A stretch of 64,000 nucleotides of DNA from Eledone cirrhosa. Lineage: Eukaryota. Under the pieces are notes generated by a model that made no database searches, had not been told where the DNA came from, and worked only from the letters and a program-made list of their open reading frames with translations. Positions within the stretch are counted from its first letter, which is position 1. Every line of letters starts with the position of its first letter. This document shows, in pieces, positions 25,497 through 39,159 of this stretch. Where the stretch lies: positions 76,198,001 to 76,262,000 of the forward strand of contig OZ024742.1 of assembly GCA_964016885.1 (NCBI GenBank), written 5' to 3'. The translations under genes were made by a program, and so were the position numbers.

Positions 25497-26474
25497 GATG
25501 TATATACATCTCACCCATCACCCTTAGGCCTGACATCAAACACAACTTTACGCTAGCAGTCAATGTTTCCCATCACATTTTGTAGGTGTTATTTTTCAAC
25601 TACAGCGTCTCCTGCTATGGTATCCTGAGCTTTCTGGTAGAGATCCCACAACAAGATATCTGAAATGTTAGCATGGGAGCTGTCACCAGCCTAACTTAAG
25701 CGACGTTGAGTCAGACGTCCACTTAATTTGGGTATTTTTACATATATACGATTAAGCATGAGATGTGCCTGCCAAGAAATAACTTGAACCTTTCTCAGAA
25801 GGTTTGACGAGTTTGCAAGTTTCAAGTCTTAGAACAGTAAAGAAGGATATGCTCTACCGTTGTTTTAAACAGGATGATTTCATGTTTGTTTGATATATTG
25901 GATCGCTACATTTTATCCAGCTGTTTAAATGCATTCTAGGCCTGAAGTTCATTTCTGAGTTCAGAATGAAGGAACCAATGCACTTAACATCTACTTGCGT
26001 TAAGGTTTACATATGTACTCTGACTATGAGATCATCAGATACTGTTTAGATATACTCATATTGTTTCGTCATTGCAGTAGTGTCCAACATGAGCAACAGC
26101 TGTTTCCAGTGCATGAAGGGACGATTGGGTTGTTCCTACTGAGTTTGAGCAATGTCAAGGACCGTGAAAAATCTATGAGGATTACTTCCGCTTTTACTAG
26201 ACATAAGAAATTCCATATCTCCGACGGACGGATTTGTTACATTTTTCCAAGAAGAACTTGTAATAGGTTTACAAAGTTTACAATCAAATGCGTTGTGTGA
26301 TACTTGTTTTCATCACCTTGGTGATAAAGTTTACGATCTTGGACACAAACAATTTCAAAATTGTAACAATTTTCTCATTGTGACTAACCGGGTTCAGTAT
26401 ACGCATGTTGGGGGAACTTAGTTTGTTGTATTTGTTGTACCTTACAACCAAAAGCTTAGATATTGATACAAACT

Positions 26475-26620
26475 CTTCTTCTTCTTCTTCTTCTTCTTCT
26501 TCTTCTTCTTCTTCTTCTTCTTCTTCTTCTTCTTCTTCTTCTTCTTCTTCTTCTTCTTCTTCTTCTTCTTCTTCTTCTTCTTCTTCTTCTTCTTCTTCTT
26601 CTTCTGCTGCTGCTGCTGCT
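26475..26620. repeat. (TTC)n microsatellite followed by (CTG)n
   Basis: Directly visible; source of the poly-E/S/L ORFs. Confidence 0.95.
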
Positions 26621-28179
26621 ACTATGCATTGGCGTATATACACATGTATATAATATATATATGCATATATATCCATATATTTCGGATAGTTTCTACCCAA
26701 TTTCTTTTCACTTGTTTTCAATTTCGGATCATGAATATGTTCGTTCTTATCGTCAACTATAATTTCTCTATTAGGTTGGGGACATATGTTTCTAGATAAT
26801 AGTCATACATTCTCCATTGCATTCATTGTATTTTCTAATTTGAAAATCCATTCCTTGTGACTACCCAGCTATCCCTTTCCGACTATGTTCCGACATGTTT
26901 TTCTGCTCTCTTTACTTCTCTCATTTACATTCAGATTCTTCTCATTCATCAGTCTCTGGTACCAGAGTTTCACTACATTTCTCTCTGTCTTCTTTTTGTA
27001 TTTCTCCATCTGTCATGTTCTTTCATGCTCCTTGCTCTACGTTTTAATTGCCTTAATCCAGTTTCACTGAATAATCTAAGATATGATTTTCTCTTTTATT
27101 TCTCCACTTCATTGTTTATTTTTATTGCTTTACTTTCTGCCTGCCTGTTGTCTTTCTCTCTCCCTCACTCCCCATTTTACATCAAGTTTTGCATCGCCGT
27201 CTCCAATTTTCGTCCTGATTTTCTCTACAAATGTCTTCTATTCATCTCTAACTTTAGTGGAAAATCATTGCTCGAAAATTACATTTCTTCCAATTGTAAG
27301 GAACTTTAATTCCGCAGATGATTTGCTGTTAATACCTCTCCATCAAAATCAAAACCAGCAGCAGTAAAACCATCAAAATCATCCATCTCCTACCACGACC
27401 AACACCACTACGACCCCAGCACTCCCACCACCAACAACATCAACAACGACGCAAGCAACAGCAACGGCATTAAAAAACGTTAACAAGGAAAATAAAATCG
27501 ACAACAAAAATAATAAAATTAACAACAGAGTAGCATCTTTTAAACATTCAATATGGCGCGCTCACATGTTGCCCGCGAGAAGTTACGTCCATGAATTATT
27601 ATTATTGCAAGCTAAAGGATTTTTATCGATTTTCTTTTATTTTGAATATTTTTTTTTATTTAATGTCGTCATTTTAATTAATTTATTTATATTGCATTTT
27701 TTCTTTTATTATATTTATAATATTATTCTAATTTAAAATGATTTAAATTTCAATTATCGTCTGAAAAAATATTTTTATTGTTTTGCTTCTTCATATATTT
27801 TATTCCTCTGATTTTAGTATTAGAGTTTGACTTTTTTTTTCATTTTAGTTATGGAGCGTGTACGTTAGTACATGTGTTTGTGATTATATGTGTTTATATA
27901 TGTGTTTGTGCTGAATTCGATTAATTGGAAATAAGCAGGCAGATTGTAGTAGCACAAAGATTATAAAAATTCATCAGATGATAATGCTAACCAATATCCG
28001 GCAAGATTACTGACGGATACTTCGTCATCATCTTAAACGGCAGTAATTTTACCTCTGCCGATGATTTTGAAGGAAGCCAGTATCGGCATGAGATAAGACG
28101 CGCAACTTCAACATCAACAGTATTTTATAACATCCAATGCTACAACATATAACAATGACAACATACAAATTAATAGTAA

Positions 28180-28320
28180 TAATAATACTAATAATAATAA
28201 TAATAACAACAACAACAACAGCAACAGCAACAACAACAACAACAGCAACAACAACAACAACAACAACAGCAACCGCAACAAAAACAACAGCATCAATAAT
28301 AATAATAATAATAATAATCT
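28180..28320. repeat. (AAT)n/(AAC)n/(CAG) compound microsatellite
   Basis: Directly visible. Confidence 0.9.
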
Positions 28321-31300
28321 ATAAAACAGATACACAATAAAAAGAGAAATTAGAAAATATATACTTTAAAGAAAGGAAAATGAATATAAATGAAATAAAA
28401 TAAATTCCAATAGATTATAAAAGAAAATCGAATTTAATTTTCGAAATGAGAATTTAAAGACTTGCCATAAGATTTTATTGATGTTGTTTTTAGTTTTCAT
28501 CTTTCTACAAATATATATTAGGAGCAGTGTAGAAATTCAACGCCAGAACTATACTTTTAAAATTGTAGAGCAAAGTTCGAGTTTTATAGATTTAAAATCG
28601 TATAGCAAGAAGAGTAAACAGGTAATAAATTCAGGTGTGTGGCGTGAAGGAAAATGTTAGCAAATCCTGAGTTTCATTGACAAGTGTTATGTTAAATTAT
28701 GTACAGCACTTTAAATTAACTTGCAATTTAAATCGATTATGTGTCTTTCCTCAGACGTAAAAGGAAATAAAACACATGATTGAAGACAAATGTCCAATAT
28801 ATGGTAGATAGCTATGAAATAACATCTTGAATTTGAAATTCGTAACGATAAAAAATGGTGGATATTTTGATAGATTTATTCAGCTCACTTTTTCCTTCCA
28901 TTTACATTTTCTGAGATTGTTTCCACCGTGCTTTGGACAGTATATTTTTTTCGAATGATAGATTTTTAAATGAAACTTAACGTCTCGTGTAAAATTACAC
29001 TTAGGAAATTTACAATATAGTTCGTATTACAATCACACAATTTGGTGAGATAACTCACTATCTTTTAATATGTACAATGCAAACAAATTCAATTACAATA
29101 GTGGTATACTATATAATCTTACATTTTTATTATACATTTTAAATTTGACATGTACTAATAAGTACACATAAGTATAATGACTCGTGTTCAGACGTACAAA
29201 TGCAACTCATAGGAAAATAAAATACACAACGCTGAGATATACATTACAAAATGACTCTAATTCTGAGGCCGTTACGCAATTACCATTTAATGATAGCTTC
29301 ATTTGCATAAACTGCATAACTCCTTTTATGTCCATATTGACATCTCACGACACGTAATGTGTGAAAGTATATGTATGAAAAGCGAAAACATACATCATTT
29401 GATTGCAGTAATAAATGTCTTAAGGGAACATGAGTAGATCGTGATTTTCTTCGAATTCAGTGACCAACTCGACTCCAATTTATATGGCTGTGATTTACAC
29501 GTTTTCGTATTTGCAATGCATTAAAATTTCAACTTTGTTTTAAATGAAAACAAACCAATATATAGATATAGTTGTAGAATTGATTCTACTGAAAAGTGTG
29601 TGAACATTTATGTGACTAATTAGCTACTCGCAACATTTGGTGCTGTCTCTTAGAAAAGAACTATGCAGTTTATTAGTAATACGTTTTATTATTTAAATGT
29701 TCACTTTTAGTTTGTTAGTGTATATTGAATGATTCAATATGTGAGATAACTTTCTAGATTGCATTGTATTGATCACACGATTTAGAATTGTAAAGTTGTA
29801 TGTAGCTAAAACGCTATTTCATATGAAAAATACTATTCGATATTGAATACAGGTATTTGTAATCCATATGTATTACGAAGTGCATAACATCCATTAAATT
29901 ATTAATAAATATTCTGAGAACATGCTAAAGATTTAATTTCCTGGAATAGCAAATCTTAATGCCATTTTAAAATTTCATGCGAGAAAAATGTATCTCAATT
30001 GAACTTTTCTAGAGAAAGGGCAAGTAATTGCTTCTATACTTTAATTAAACTTTTCATCAATTAATATGTTTAGCAAACAGTAGGATTCTAGGGAAAGGGA
30101 AGTCACCATGGAAACATGTGGATTGAAGTTTAAAGATGGTGGTATTGTTAATGAAAATGGCATGTTCTTCGCAAATAACATTTCCTTTCTAGAGGCGTAT
30201 AGAAAACTGGTCAAAATAATCAGTTGTAGTTTTCAGTAATGGAAAACGAATTTGTTACATAAAAATGTTTGAATTACAAACTTCTTACTTTAAGTACAAA
30301 CTTTCCACTTAAATTACAAACTTTATAATTAAAACCTTGATATTTTATATGTGCAGAATTGAGGAATCACAGCAATATATTACATCAGATCCAATAAACT
30401 ATATCGTCTCCTTGAAAAATGGTTACATGAAAAATGTAATAAAGAATAATTTCCATGGAAGTAAACAGACCAGAATTAACGTACTTCATTCCTCAGTCAT
30501 ATAGAAGAAAATGATTCATTTTATAATTTTCTTGAAGTAAGTTCATTTCGGATATGAGGCAAAACATGTCAGATTCGATTTCCTAATTTTGAACGAAATA
30601 TAATATAACATATTTACAGTTTGGAGACGTGCCATACCTTAGTAGATATATAGGCAGTTTTACAGAGGAAAATGTCAAATATTGATAAGCGAGAATTAGA
30701 CTTATGCTGTAACCTTACATCTAATATTTATGAAAAATACATGAGTTACAGAATCTTTGTGTACATTGCCTGTAAATAATATGCTACAACCCGGAATAGA
30801 AACTGTATTCTGCTGCATCATATATATAATTTGCTTTCCTGACAGAGAACGTCAAAAACGTCAAAAACTAAAGAAATAAGTATTGCTTGATCTAAATATT
30901 TCCGTTTTATATAAGCTTTGAAAAGATATATGAAGTTTTTGAGAGATATTCCAAGATTTCTGCTAGTCATTAGATGCAAAATATAGAAAGTCATACTGAA
31001 TATCCAAGTATATAATTTATGGACTGTAAACTTGCTGTCGATAACTAACCTCCATTTTTGTGGATTTAATAAACCAATCAAGGCCTTTGAACTCAGAGAG
31101 CATAGGTTCACGATATTAATATTCCTGCAATAGAATATTGATTTCGTATGTTGGAACAAGGACCTCGATTAATAGGGAGATATATAACCGTGTGTGGTAT
31201 TCGTGTCATTTTAAAAGTATTAACAACGTTACAGATATGAAGCGTGTATTTGAATAAGAAATAGTGAAAAAGAACTTGTTAATGACATGCTTGAAAAGAC

Positions 31301-32047
31301 ACGTACACTTCATAAATATCTCTGCTAAAATAAAATCATAATAATTTCGGGGAGAAGAGGCAATTAATGATCAAGGCATGGAATATGATTTGTTGGATGC
31401 AAATGGTGTGCAAAAGTTCATTTATTGTCATCAAATATGTAGCAATCACGGAATGAAACATTCAGATTCTGTCAGATCGTATTGAAGAGTTACATGTCAT
31501 TACGCTTCTAATTATTAATTGAAAGTGAGATTTTCTTAATAAATGTAAGATGTCTAACTACACAGGTTTAATAAATTTGATACGTTGCAAATACTGTAAA
31601 TAGAGAAATAGGAATCGTCGTTTCAATATCCGGTTAACGTCATGGCGTTTCAGAAACGGTCACAACTAATGTCATTTCTAAAGCCATGTTCTTTGTTTAT
31701 GCTTAAGTAAACCCATACAAGATTATATTATTATTTGTCACAGATTCTCTACACATATAGCACTTATGCAATCGACAAAATTGCAACTAGAATTAAGCTT
31801 GAATCTTTGGTTGAAGACATTTCTTCAAATAATCACAAAATGCCTCAACTTATCCAAACCCTAAACACAGAAACATCATAGCCTTAGCACATCTATGAAT
31901 CTTGTGTTAGTAATGTTTACAATATTTCTAATAAGGAAACACAATTAATACAAGGCAAAGTGTATATCAGTCAAGGGGCTCTGACTAGTTTTTCTTCTCC
32001 AATGTTGCTTTACCTACATTTCCCAACTATTATTTATAGTGACCGAC

Positions 32048-32252
32048 GGTGGATTGGCAGTAGGGCGGTGGATTGGAAGTATCGGTAGAAGGTCGGACAC
32101 CATGCTTTGACGCATTGAGTTGCGGCTCTTGCCATTCTGAGTTCAAATTCCGCCGAGATTAACTTTGCCTTTCATCCTTACGGGGTCAATACAATAAAGT
32201 ACCAGTAATACACTGGGTTATTGCTGGGCCTGTGCATAAAGTAGAAACAATT
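32048..32252 (+). mobile_element. tRNA-derived SINE with duplicated head and TSD
   Basis: GGTGGATTGG head twice, B-box GAGTTCAAATTCC, TSD TTATTTATAGTGAYCGAC. Confidence 0.88.
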
Positions 32253-33274
32253 ATTTATAGTGATCGACTATTGTTGTTATGGCAATTTGCGTTGGAACTT
32301 ACACATTTCAAATATGTAATCAAAGTTTTATCGAATTTGTATTAATAGTAAACGAATTTGGTGACTTGGAAGTACAACATAGAAAGGCATTGTATACGAA
32401 ATAGATTCAGAATTAATTTATAATAGTTTTTGCGATTCCAATGACAGATATATGTTTATACTCCTTTGTGTTGACTACGAAAAAAGCGATAACGGTTTAA
32501 TTGTTTATAATTTAATGCTTGTAATTTTTTTAAATGTTCAGACTTTATTTCAATCTATGTTCTGTAATGCTCTATCATAATGCATGCAGTAATTCACTAA
32601 GAACGACTATATATCCCCGTCATCAAAAATCCATATAGTATGACAGTTATGACGTTAAACAAATCAGAGGAACAATTGTAGTTATTATCAAAATATATAC
32701 GAGGGTTAGGGACATTTATGAAATTTAAGCATTGTGTAAAGCTATGAAACATTTTGCGATTAATGATATGTGATGACTTACAAGCGAACGAAAATGTTGC
32801 TAAATGTATAAGAGTTGCTGAAGTGAGCAAGTAGTAGATGATAGCAGAAATCTTCAGCAATTAATGTTACCATGTATGTAATTTAAATTTATTTTAAGAT
32901 TCCACAGAATGGGCCTGGAATTGAATTGATTATAATTTTAGGACAATGATCTCGGCATTTTTAGAATGTCTATGCCAAGTCGCGGTTTTGAAAATGTTAC
33001 AAATAGTTATGTATATTGTATAACATTTGCCATTACAGAAATGTGAGGTAATTATCAGGTGAATATATCAAAATAAAGATGCTGTAGTCAAGTGTTATTT
33101 ATATGTAAGTAGGATTATATGGCATATGTTACATATAATCGGATGCACACCGGTATCTATATATTTATACAAATAGTCATTAAAATAATACATGCATACA
33201 CACATTTACATTCACACGCATGTATATAAATATATATATAAATATATATATATATAAGTCCTTCTCTCTCTCTA

Positions 33275-33410
<136 letters not shown>

Positions 33411-33669
33411 ATATATATACAAATATAAATATATAGGTATATATATATAAATATACATGTATGTGCATAGAGTAAGGTTTTCAAAATGCTTTTAATTAAG
33501 CATACAGTGTATTGCAAAATACACTATATATATATTCATATATATATATCGCCATTTCAGAGCACCTGTTCTAATTTTCAATTTTTGCTGCTCTGTATAA
33601 TCAGTTCCTGATTATTACTGGAATTCTATAAGAGTCCAACATTCATCATTTTCAGCAAACAGGGGTAGT

Positions 33670-33726
33670 GGTGAGATTTGATAAGTACCAACAAGTACGA
33701 AACAGAGCTCTGTCAGCCTATCTCCC
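33670..33726 (+). ncRNA. Minimal hammerhead motif, U3-A8 compensatory core
   Basis: GAGAT-TTGATAA-GTAC-CAACAA-GTAC-GAAACAGAGCTCTGTC-AGCCT-ATCTC; palindromic stem III, GUC site; lies in a TA-bounded unit 33550-33835 whose end is repeated at 33473-33530. Confidence 0.72.
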
Positions 33727-33858
33727 CTTGTTTGCAGGAAATTGAAGTAAGTGACATTGTCACTACTTTAAACAATAGCGTAAGGTCTTCAAAATGATTT
33801 TAATTAAGCATACAGTGCAAAATACACTATATATACATATCTCTCTCTCTCTCTCTCT

Positions 33859-33909
<51 letters not shown>

Positions 33910-33989
33910 GGAAAAATTTGAACAGGAACAAAACAGAGAGGCAGTACAACGAATGTTTATTAATTTCACGCTCAGGAGAGTGGGGTGTT

Positions 33990-34035
33990 GGTGGGGAACG
34001 ACGTTTCGGGCATAAGCCCTTCCTCAGGTGAGAAG
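33990..34035 (-). ncRNA. Minimal PLE-type hammerhead
   Basis: Minus: CAC-CTGAGGA-AGGGC-TTAT-GCCC-GAAACGTCGTTC, matching the typical Penelope-tail minimal HHR layout. Confidence 0.8.
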
Positions 34036-35527
34036 TGTGTGGGAACAGAGTTCAAAGGGTGTGTAGGGGAGTGGTGGAGAGACATATAACGAAAGGAAAC
34101 AGTGCGAATGAAATTAAAAAATAAAAATAAAAATTAAGCATGATCAAAATACAAGGAATGAAATAAATTTAAATATAAAAGCATGATCAAAATAAACTGA
34201 AATTAAAAGAGGGGTAAAACAGGTGGTGGAAGGGTGTGGCATGTGTAGGGGTGGTGGCGGGTGGAGACGGGAGAGGGAGACGGGGTGTCCGAGCGGGGAG
34301 GGCTAAAGGTGGTGTGTGTGTGTAGGTGTACGTGTGTGTGTGTGTGTGTATGTGAAAGTAAGGGTTGGGAGAAGAACGGGGTTGCATGTTCAAGAAGAGG
34401 TGTGTGTTGGTGTTGTAGGTCGGAGTGTGTGTCTGTGCGTGTGTGGATAGAGGGGTGGGGTGAGAGGAATCAGGACGCTGAGGGTGTAAATATGTGGTGG
34501 AAAGCACGTGTGTGTGGGGTTTAAGCGTGATGTGGGTGTAGGTGGCGTGTGGAGAAAAAAATTGTTTGGGGTGTGTGTGTGGGTGAGTTATATAGGTGAT
34601 TACGTAAGAGGATGGTTGAAAAGTTGGTAAAATCCTATGATGTTTAGTGGATTCTGTGGTGGTCAAGTTCTACGTACGAGTATTCCATGAAGCGATGGTC
34701 GGAAGAGGAGAGATGTGGGGTGCGCGCGCAACAGGAAGTGGTCAAGCAGTGGGAGTGCTGTGTGTCTGTTTGTGCTGGGAGGTGGTCAGAGGGCATAGCA
34801 GCAGTCGGTGGAATGGTAAAGGCGCGAGGATGGGTAGGTGTGAAAGGTGGAGTGAGGAGGGTGTGTGTGTGTGTATTAGTAGAGGTGTTAGTGGGATGAG
34901 TGAGTGTGGAGCGAGGGTTTGGGTGGAGCGGGGAGAGAAGGGTGTGTGTAGTTCTATGGAGGGAGTGTGGTGTACTGGTGTGTGTGTAGTTGGATGAAGG
35001 GGTGTTAGTGGGTGTTAGTATATGGGAGGTGGGGAAGGGTTGAATGCAGGTGTGAGTGGGGGTTAGGGTGGAAGGGTGTGTAGAGTTGGTGGTGTACGAG
35101 GGTGTGTGGGTACGTGTGCGTGGGGTTGGGGGGTGTTAGTGATGTTACTTGCGTGTGGGGTGGGTGGTGTAAGTGGGTGCGCGTGTTCGTGTGCTTGGGG
35201 TCAGGGGGTGTTAGTGAGGTTAGTTGCGGGGCGATGGGATGGAGGTGTTGGGGTGATAGGTGTGGGGGTGAGGGTTAGTGGTGGTAGTAGGGTATGTGTT
35301 TAGTGTGAGCGCGTGTATATATGTGCCGGTGGGTGTGTGCGTGTGATAAGGAGGGGGGGAGGAGGAGAAGAAGGGAGGGATGTTAGTATGTTAGTTGGGG
35401 AAGGGTGGTCAGATGAGGGGTGTGTGGGGGTGTTAGTATTGTTAGTTGTGGGGTGGGCGGTGAAAAGGAGCGGTGTGTTAGTGGTGTTAGTGGGGGATAA
35501 GTGTGTGGGGAGGGGGGCGGCCGAAGG

Positions 35528-35950
35528 CTAAAGGAATAAGGGTGGGGAGTTCAGGCCGGGGGTTGTGTGGGTCTGTAAGATGAAGATAGTTCTTTGTTCG
35601 ACTCTAAGGCGATTGGCGGGTGTTCCGTGGCACTGGAGTAGGCCACAGACTGTGAGATGGCGTGCGGAATGTCCAGGGCCACCAAAGTGGCGGGCGATGG
35701 AGGAACTACCTCAGTGACGAATATCCCGGAGGTGCTCAGTGAATCGGTCCGCCGGGCGACGTCCCGTCTGTCCGACATAAGACGCTCTGCATTCCGTGCA
35801 GTGAAGTCCGTAGACTAGGTTGGAGGAGGTGCAGCGGAAGGCATGCCGGACAGAGAGAGAGTGGCCGTTGGGACCCTGGAAGGGGGTGGTGTTGGTGATG
35901 TGGGGACAGGTGTTGCAGCGGGGCCTAGAACAGGGAAAGGAACCGGGGGG
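35528..35950 (-). pseudogene. GIY-YIG endonuclease with Zn-knuckle linker; one in-frame TGA
   Basis: PCSRPRCNTCPHI...CTSSNLVYGLHCTECRASYVGQTGRRPADRFTEHLRDIRH*GSSSIARHF...EQRTIFILQTHTTPGLN. Confidence 0.88.
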
Positions 35951-36267
35951 GGGACATAGCGTGGGTTGGGGGGTAGGGAATTGTGGACGATGAGGGTGCG
36001 GAGATTGCGTGCGCGTTGGAAGGAGGGGAGTGGTGGGGTTGGGAAGATGTGGGAGGTGGAGGGGTCGGACTGGAGGCGTCGGAAGAGGCGGCGGATGGTG
36101 CGGTGGAGGGGTGGTAGGTGATGGGGAAGGGGAGGCGGTGGGTGAGTGTGCGGTGGCGTGGGGTGAGGGTGGTGGAGCGGTGGACAGCACGGGCGCGGGT
36201 GAGAGCGGTGTGGACGAGAGATGGGGAGTAACCTCTGCGGATGAAATGACTGACTAGGGAAAGGGCC

Positions 36268-36337
<70 letters not shown>

Positions 36338-36369
36338 AATATACACGGGTGTGTATGATTGTGTATAGC

Positions 36370-39150
36370 AGATTATATTAATAAAAGGCATTCCAACTTT
36401 GTCTGATTTACTCGTTTTATTTACAATCCTTTAAAATTATAATGATATTATAATGAAATTATATGGTAGAATATTAAATCTTTAATGTTAATTGAACAAG
36501 TACTTTCATGATTTCGCAATCTTCAGGGTCATATACTGTGGTGACAGTAAAGTTTGCAATTTTCAACTGTAATGAGATGGGTAAATTTTGTCCCTTATAC
36601 ACACTGAAAAGCGGCTACAGCTTGCTAAGTTTTGCAAACTGTATTTCGACCAATCGATCTGTAGTTTCACTGGATTACTAAAGCTGATTGGTTTAGGCGT
36701 CACAGTTGGTTGAGCATGTCTAATGACTTCTATTTGACCCTATCCAAAGCATCAATTGTTTTGTTATTTTTAGAAATGATGAAAATAGCATTTTCTAGGT
36801 TTATTATAAAAATTCTTCAGTAATCATCACCATCAACATCACTTTTATTTTCATTATTGTTGTTGTTGTTGTTAGTGGTGGTAGTCGACATGGTCGTAAG
36901 CGTAGTCATAGTAGGAGTAATACCCCTAAGTATTATTATTTTTAATTTAGCTTGGGTTGGAATTTATCAATAAAATTATTTTCTTTAATTATTCTCTTGA
37001 TTTCACTTGGGTTGTGTAATATGTAAAATGGAATTATGATAAATATTTTCTGACCAGAGATGGTTACTCAGGGGTATCTAACGGACATTTGGGTCTCTGA
37101 TTTGCTGTCGGTGCACCCGTGCACGTTCCGATAGTGCATTTCCAGTTTGACCGACATATAGTTTGACCGACATATAGTTCTTCACAATTCGGGCATTTAG
37201 TGTAGTAAATTAGATTTCTGCTTTTGCAGTTCATATTTGCATTTGGGATTATTTTTCCAGTGTTTGTGTTCATATATTGACCAGTGTGTATGGAGTGACA
37301 TGTGCCACATCGACTATCATTGCATTTAGAGACAGTGAATGATTGGTCTTTGTTGTTAAGGTCAAACTTTGCCTTTGGTAGTAATTGTTTCAAATTTTTC
37401 GGCTGTCTTTTCTAACAGTCAAAGATCGGTCTGTGATTACACCTTTTAATTCATTACTTTGAGGTAGGTTTGCTTTGGAAGTGTTGAAGATATTCTGGTG
37501 ACATGGGTTGTGTGTCATTATAAATGGTATGACCAGTTCTTGGTTTCTTCTTCCTCGGGTTGTCCTAAGTTGTTGTATAGGTACTTTTACAGCCCGCTGT
37601 ATGCCATTTTCTATAGGTAAAGATGGGTATTTTTGTTTGAGCAAAAATTCAGTTCTCTTAGGCGCTTGTTCCTGCTATTCGTATCTTCTACAATGGTACA
37701 AATTCTTCTGGCTAGGCAGTATGGGATGTTGCGTTTTATATGGGGTGGATGGCACGACTTAAAATTCAGATATTGATGGGTGTCTCTCTGTTTATAATAT
37801 ATATCCGTGGTAATGGTGGTGTCGTTTTTGGTTACCATTATATCTAGGAATGGTAATTTGGTACTACTCATCTCTTTTGTGAATTGGAGAGACGGGTGTA
37901 GGTTATTTAGGAGGATATTGAACTGATCCAGAGTATCTAGAGATTCTGTCCAGATGATAAAACCGTCGTCAAGGAATCTCTTCCAAGACTTTTCAATGTA
38001 CTTTCTAAAGTCAGTGCTATATTTTTCCTCTATTTCTTGGTAGAGTTGTTGTTCTAATTATCCTATTACAGAGTTCGCGTAAACGGGAGAAAACTTCGTT
38101 CCCATCGCTGTGCCTCTAATTTGGATATAATTCTTTCCATTGAAGAAGAAAGTGTTGTTTTCCAGAATAAGTTTGACTGCGTCTTATATAAATATCTGGT
38201 GGGAATCACTACTCTATGTTTTTCCACCCATTATTTAACCGCCTTTATTCCTAAATCATGTGTAATGTTGGTGTAAGCCTTACCACATCAAAACTAAGTA
38301 GAAGTGAATTCGTTTCCGTGGTTTTGGGAAGATAGGACAGGAAGTCGATATCATCCCTGATGAAACTGAAACTGGGTATGTGAATACATAGTGGTATCAA
38401 AATAATGTCAACAAAATTGCTTAGACGGTGGTGGGGCATGTTGGACCAGCTATAATAGGTCTAAGTTTTAAGTATTTTGAGTGTAGTAATTTAATGTACT
38501 CACTTTTTTGTTCTTTTACTGCCATTTGGATTTCTTTTGACTTATGAACTTTCGGTAGGCCATATAAGTTGCTGGGCTTTGGTTTAAAATTGTTGATGTA
38601 GTCTCTTTCCTTTTCAGTAAGTGAAATGTTGTACTTTGAAGCAAGGTTATTGATTTTCATCATGATGTTGTGGTCTATATTTGACGGTATTTCATGATAG
38701 AATGTTGTGTCTTTCAGTTGATCTTCAACCAAATCTTTGTAGTATTCAGCATCCATTATAACAACTGCACCCCCTTTATCTGCTTGTTTAATTATTATTC
38801 TTTTATCATTTTGTATACATTTAAGTGCAGACATTTCCGATTTGTTAATGTTTGGCCTAACATTAGTATTACGTCTAAGAGGAAATTTAGACAGAATGTC
38901 AATGTATTGGTCGAGATAGATATTTATTCCTTTTGGCAGGGGGAAATTTGATTTATTCTTTACTAGTGATTCATCACTCTCATTACTTTTATCATCGAAG
39001 AATTCTACAAGTCGTAATTTCGACATAATTCTTGAGTATCCTCCTTCAGTTCTTGGTGGTTAACTGTTGGAGTCGGTGTGAATTTCAGTCCTTTTGACAG
39101 AATGTGCATTTCATCATTGTCAAGATCTCTTTTGGATAAATTAATTATTT
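36370..39150 (-). mobile_element. Near-full-length decayed Neptune-like PLE (RT + GIY-YIG + tail)
   Basis: IINLSKR..LSKGLKFTPTP, IKQADKGGAVVIM, YGLPKVHK, LRPII, SFDVV, GTAMGTKFSP.YAN, WKRFLDDGF, LPFLDI, CNDSRCGTC, LIYYTKCPNCEELYVGQT; several frameshifts. Confidence 0.92.
36493..36532 (-). ncRNA. Minimal hammerhead in the Neptune-like 3' tail
   Basis: Minus: TGACC-CTGAAGA-TTGCGAAATCAT-GAAAGTACTT-GTTCA; palindromic stem III. Confidence 0.65.
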
Positions 39151-39159
39151 TATATTTAA

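Larger units (their letters stand above)
33908..36268 (-). mobile_element. 5'-truncated Neptune-like PLE: GIY-YIG plus long CA-rich 3' tail
   Basis: GIY-YIG at 35528-35950; hammerhead at the distal end; (TA)n on both sides. Confidence 0.82.

Noticed and set aside
25790-27300. Possible LINE RT relics on minus
   Set aside because: Only faint motif resemblance; cannot be supported without a profile search
35711-35713. In-frame TGA in the GIY-YIG ORF as possible selenocysteine (Naiad PLEs encode selenoproteins)
   Set aside because: Not at a conserved Cys position; most simply a CGA-to-TGA decay; no SECIS recognised
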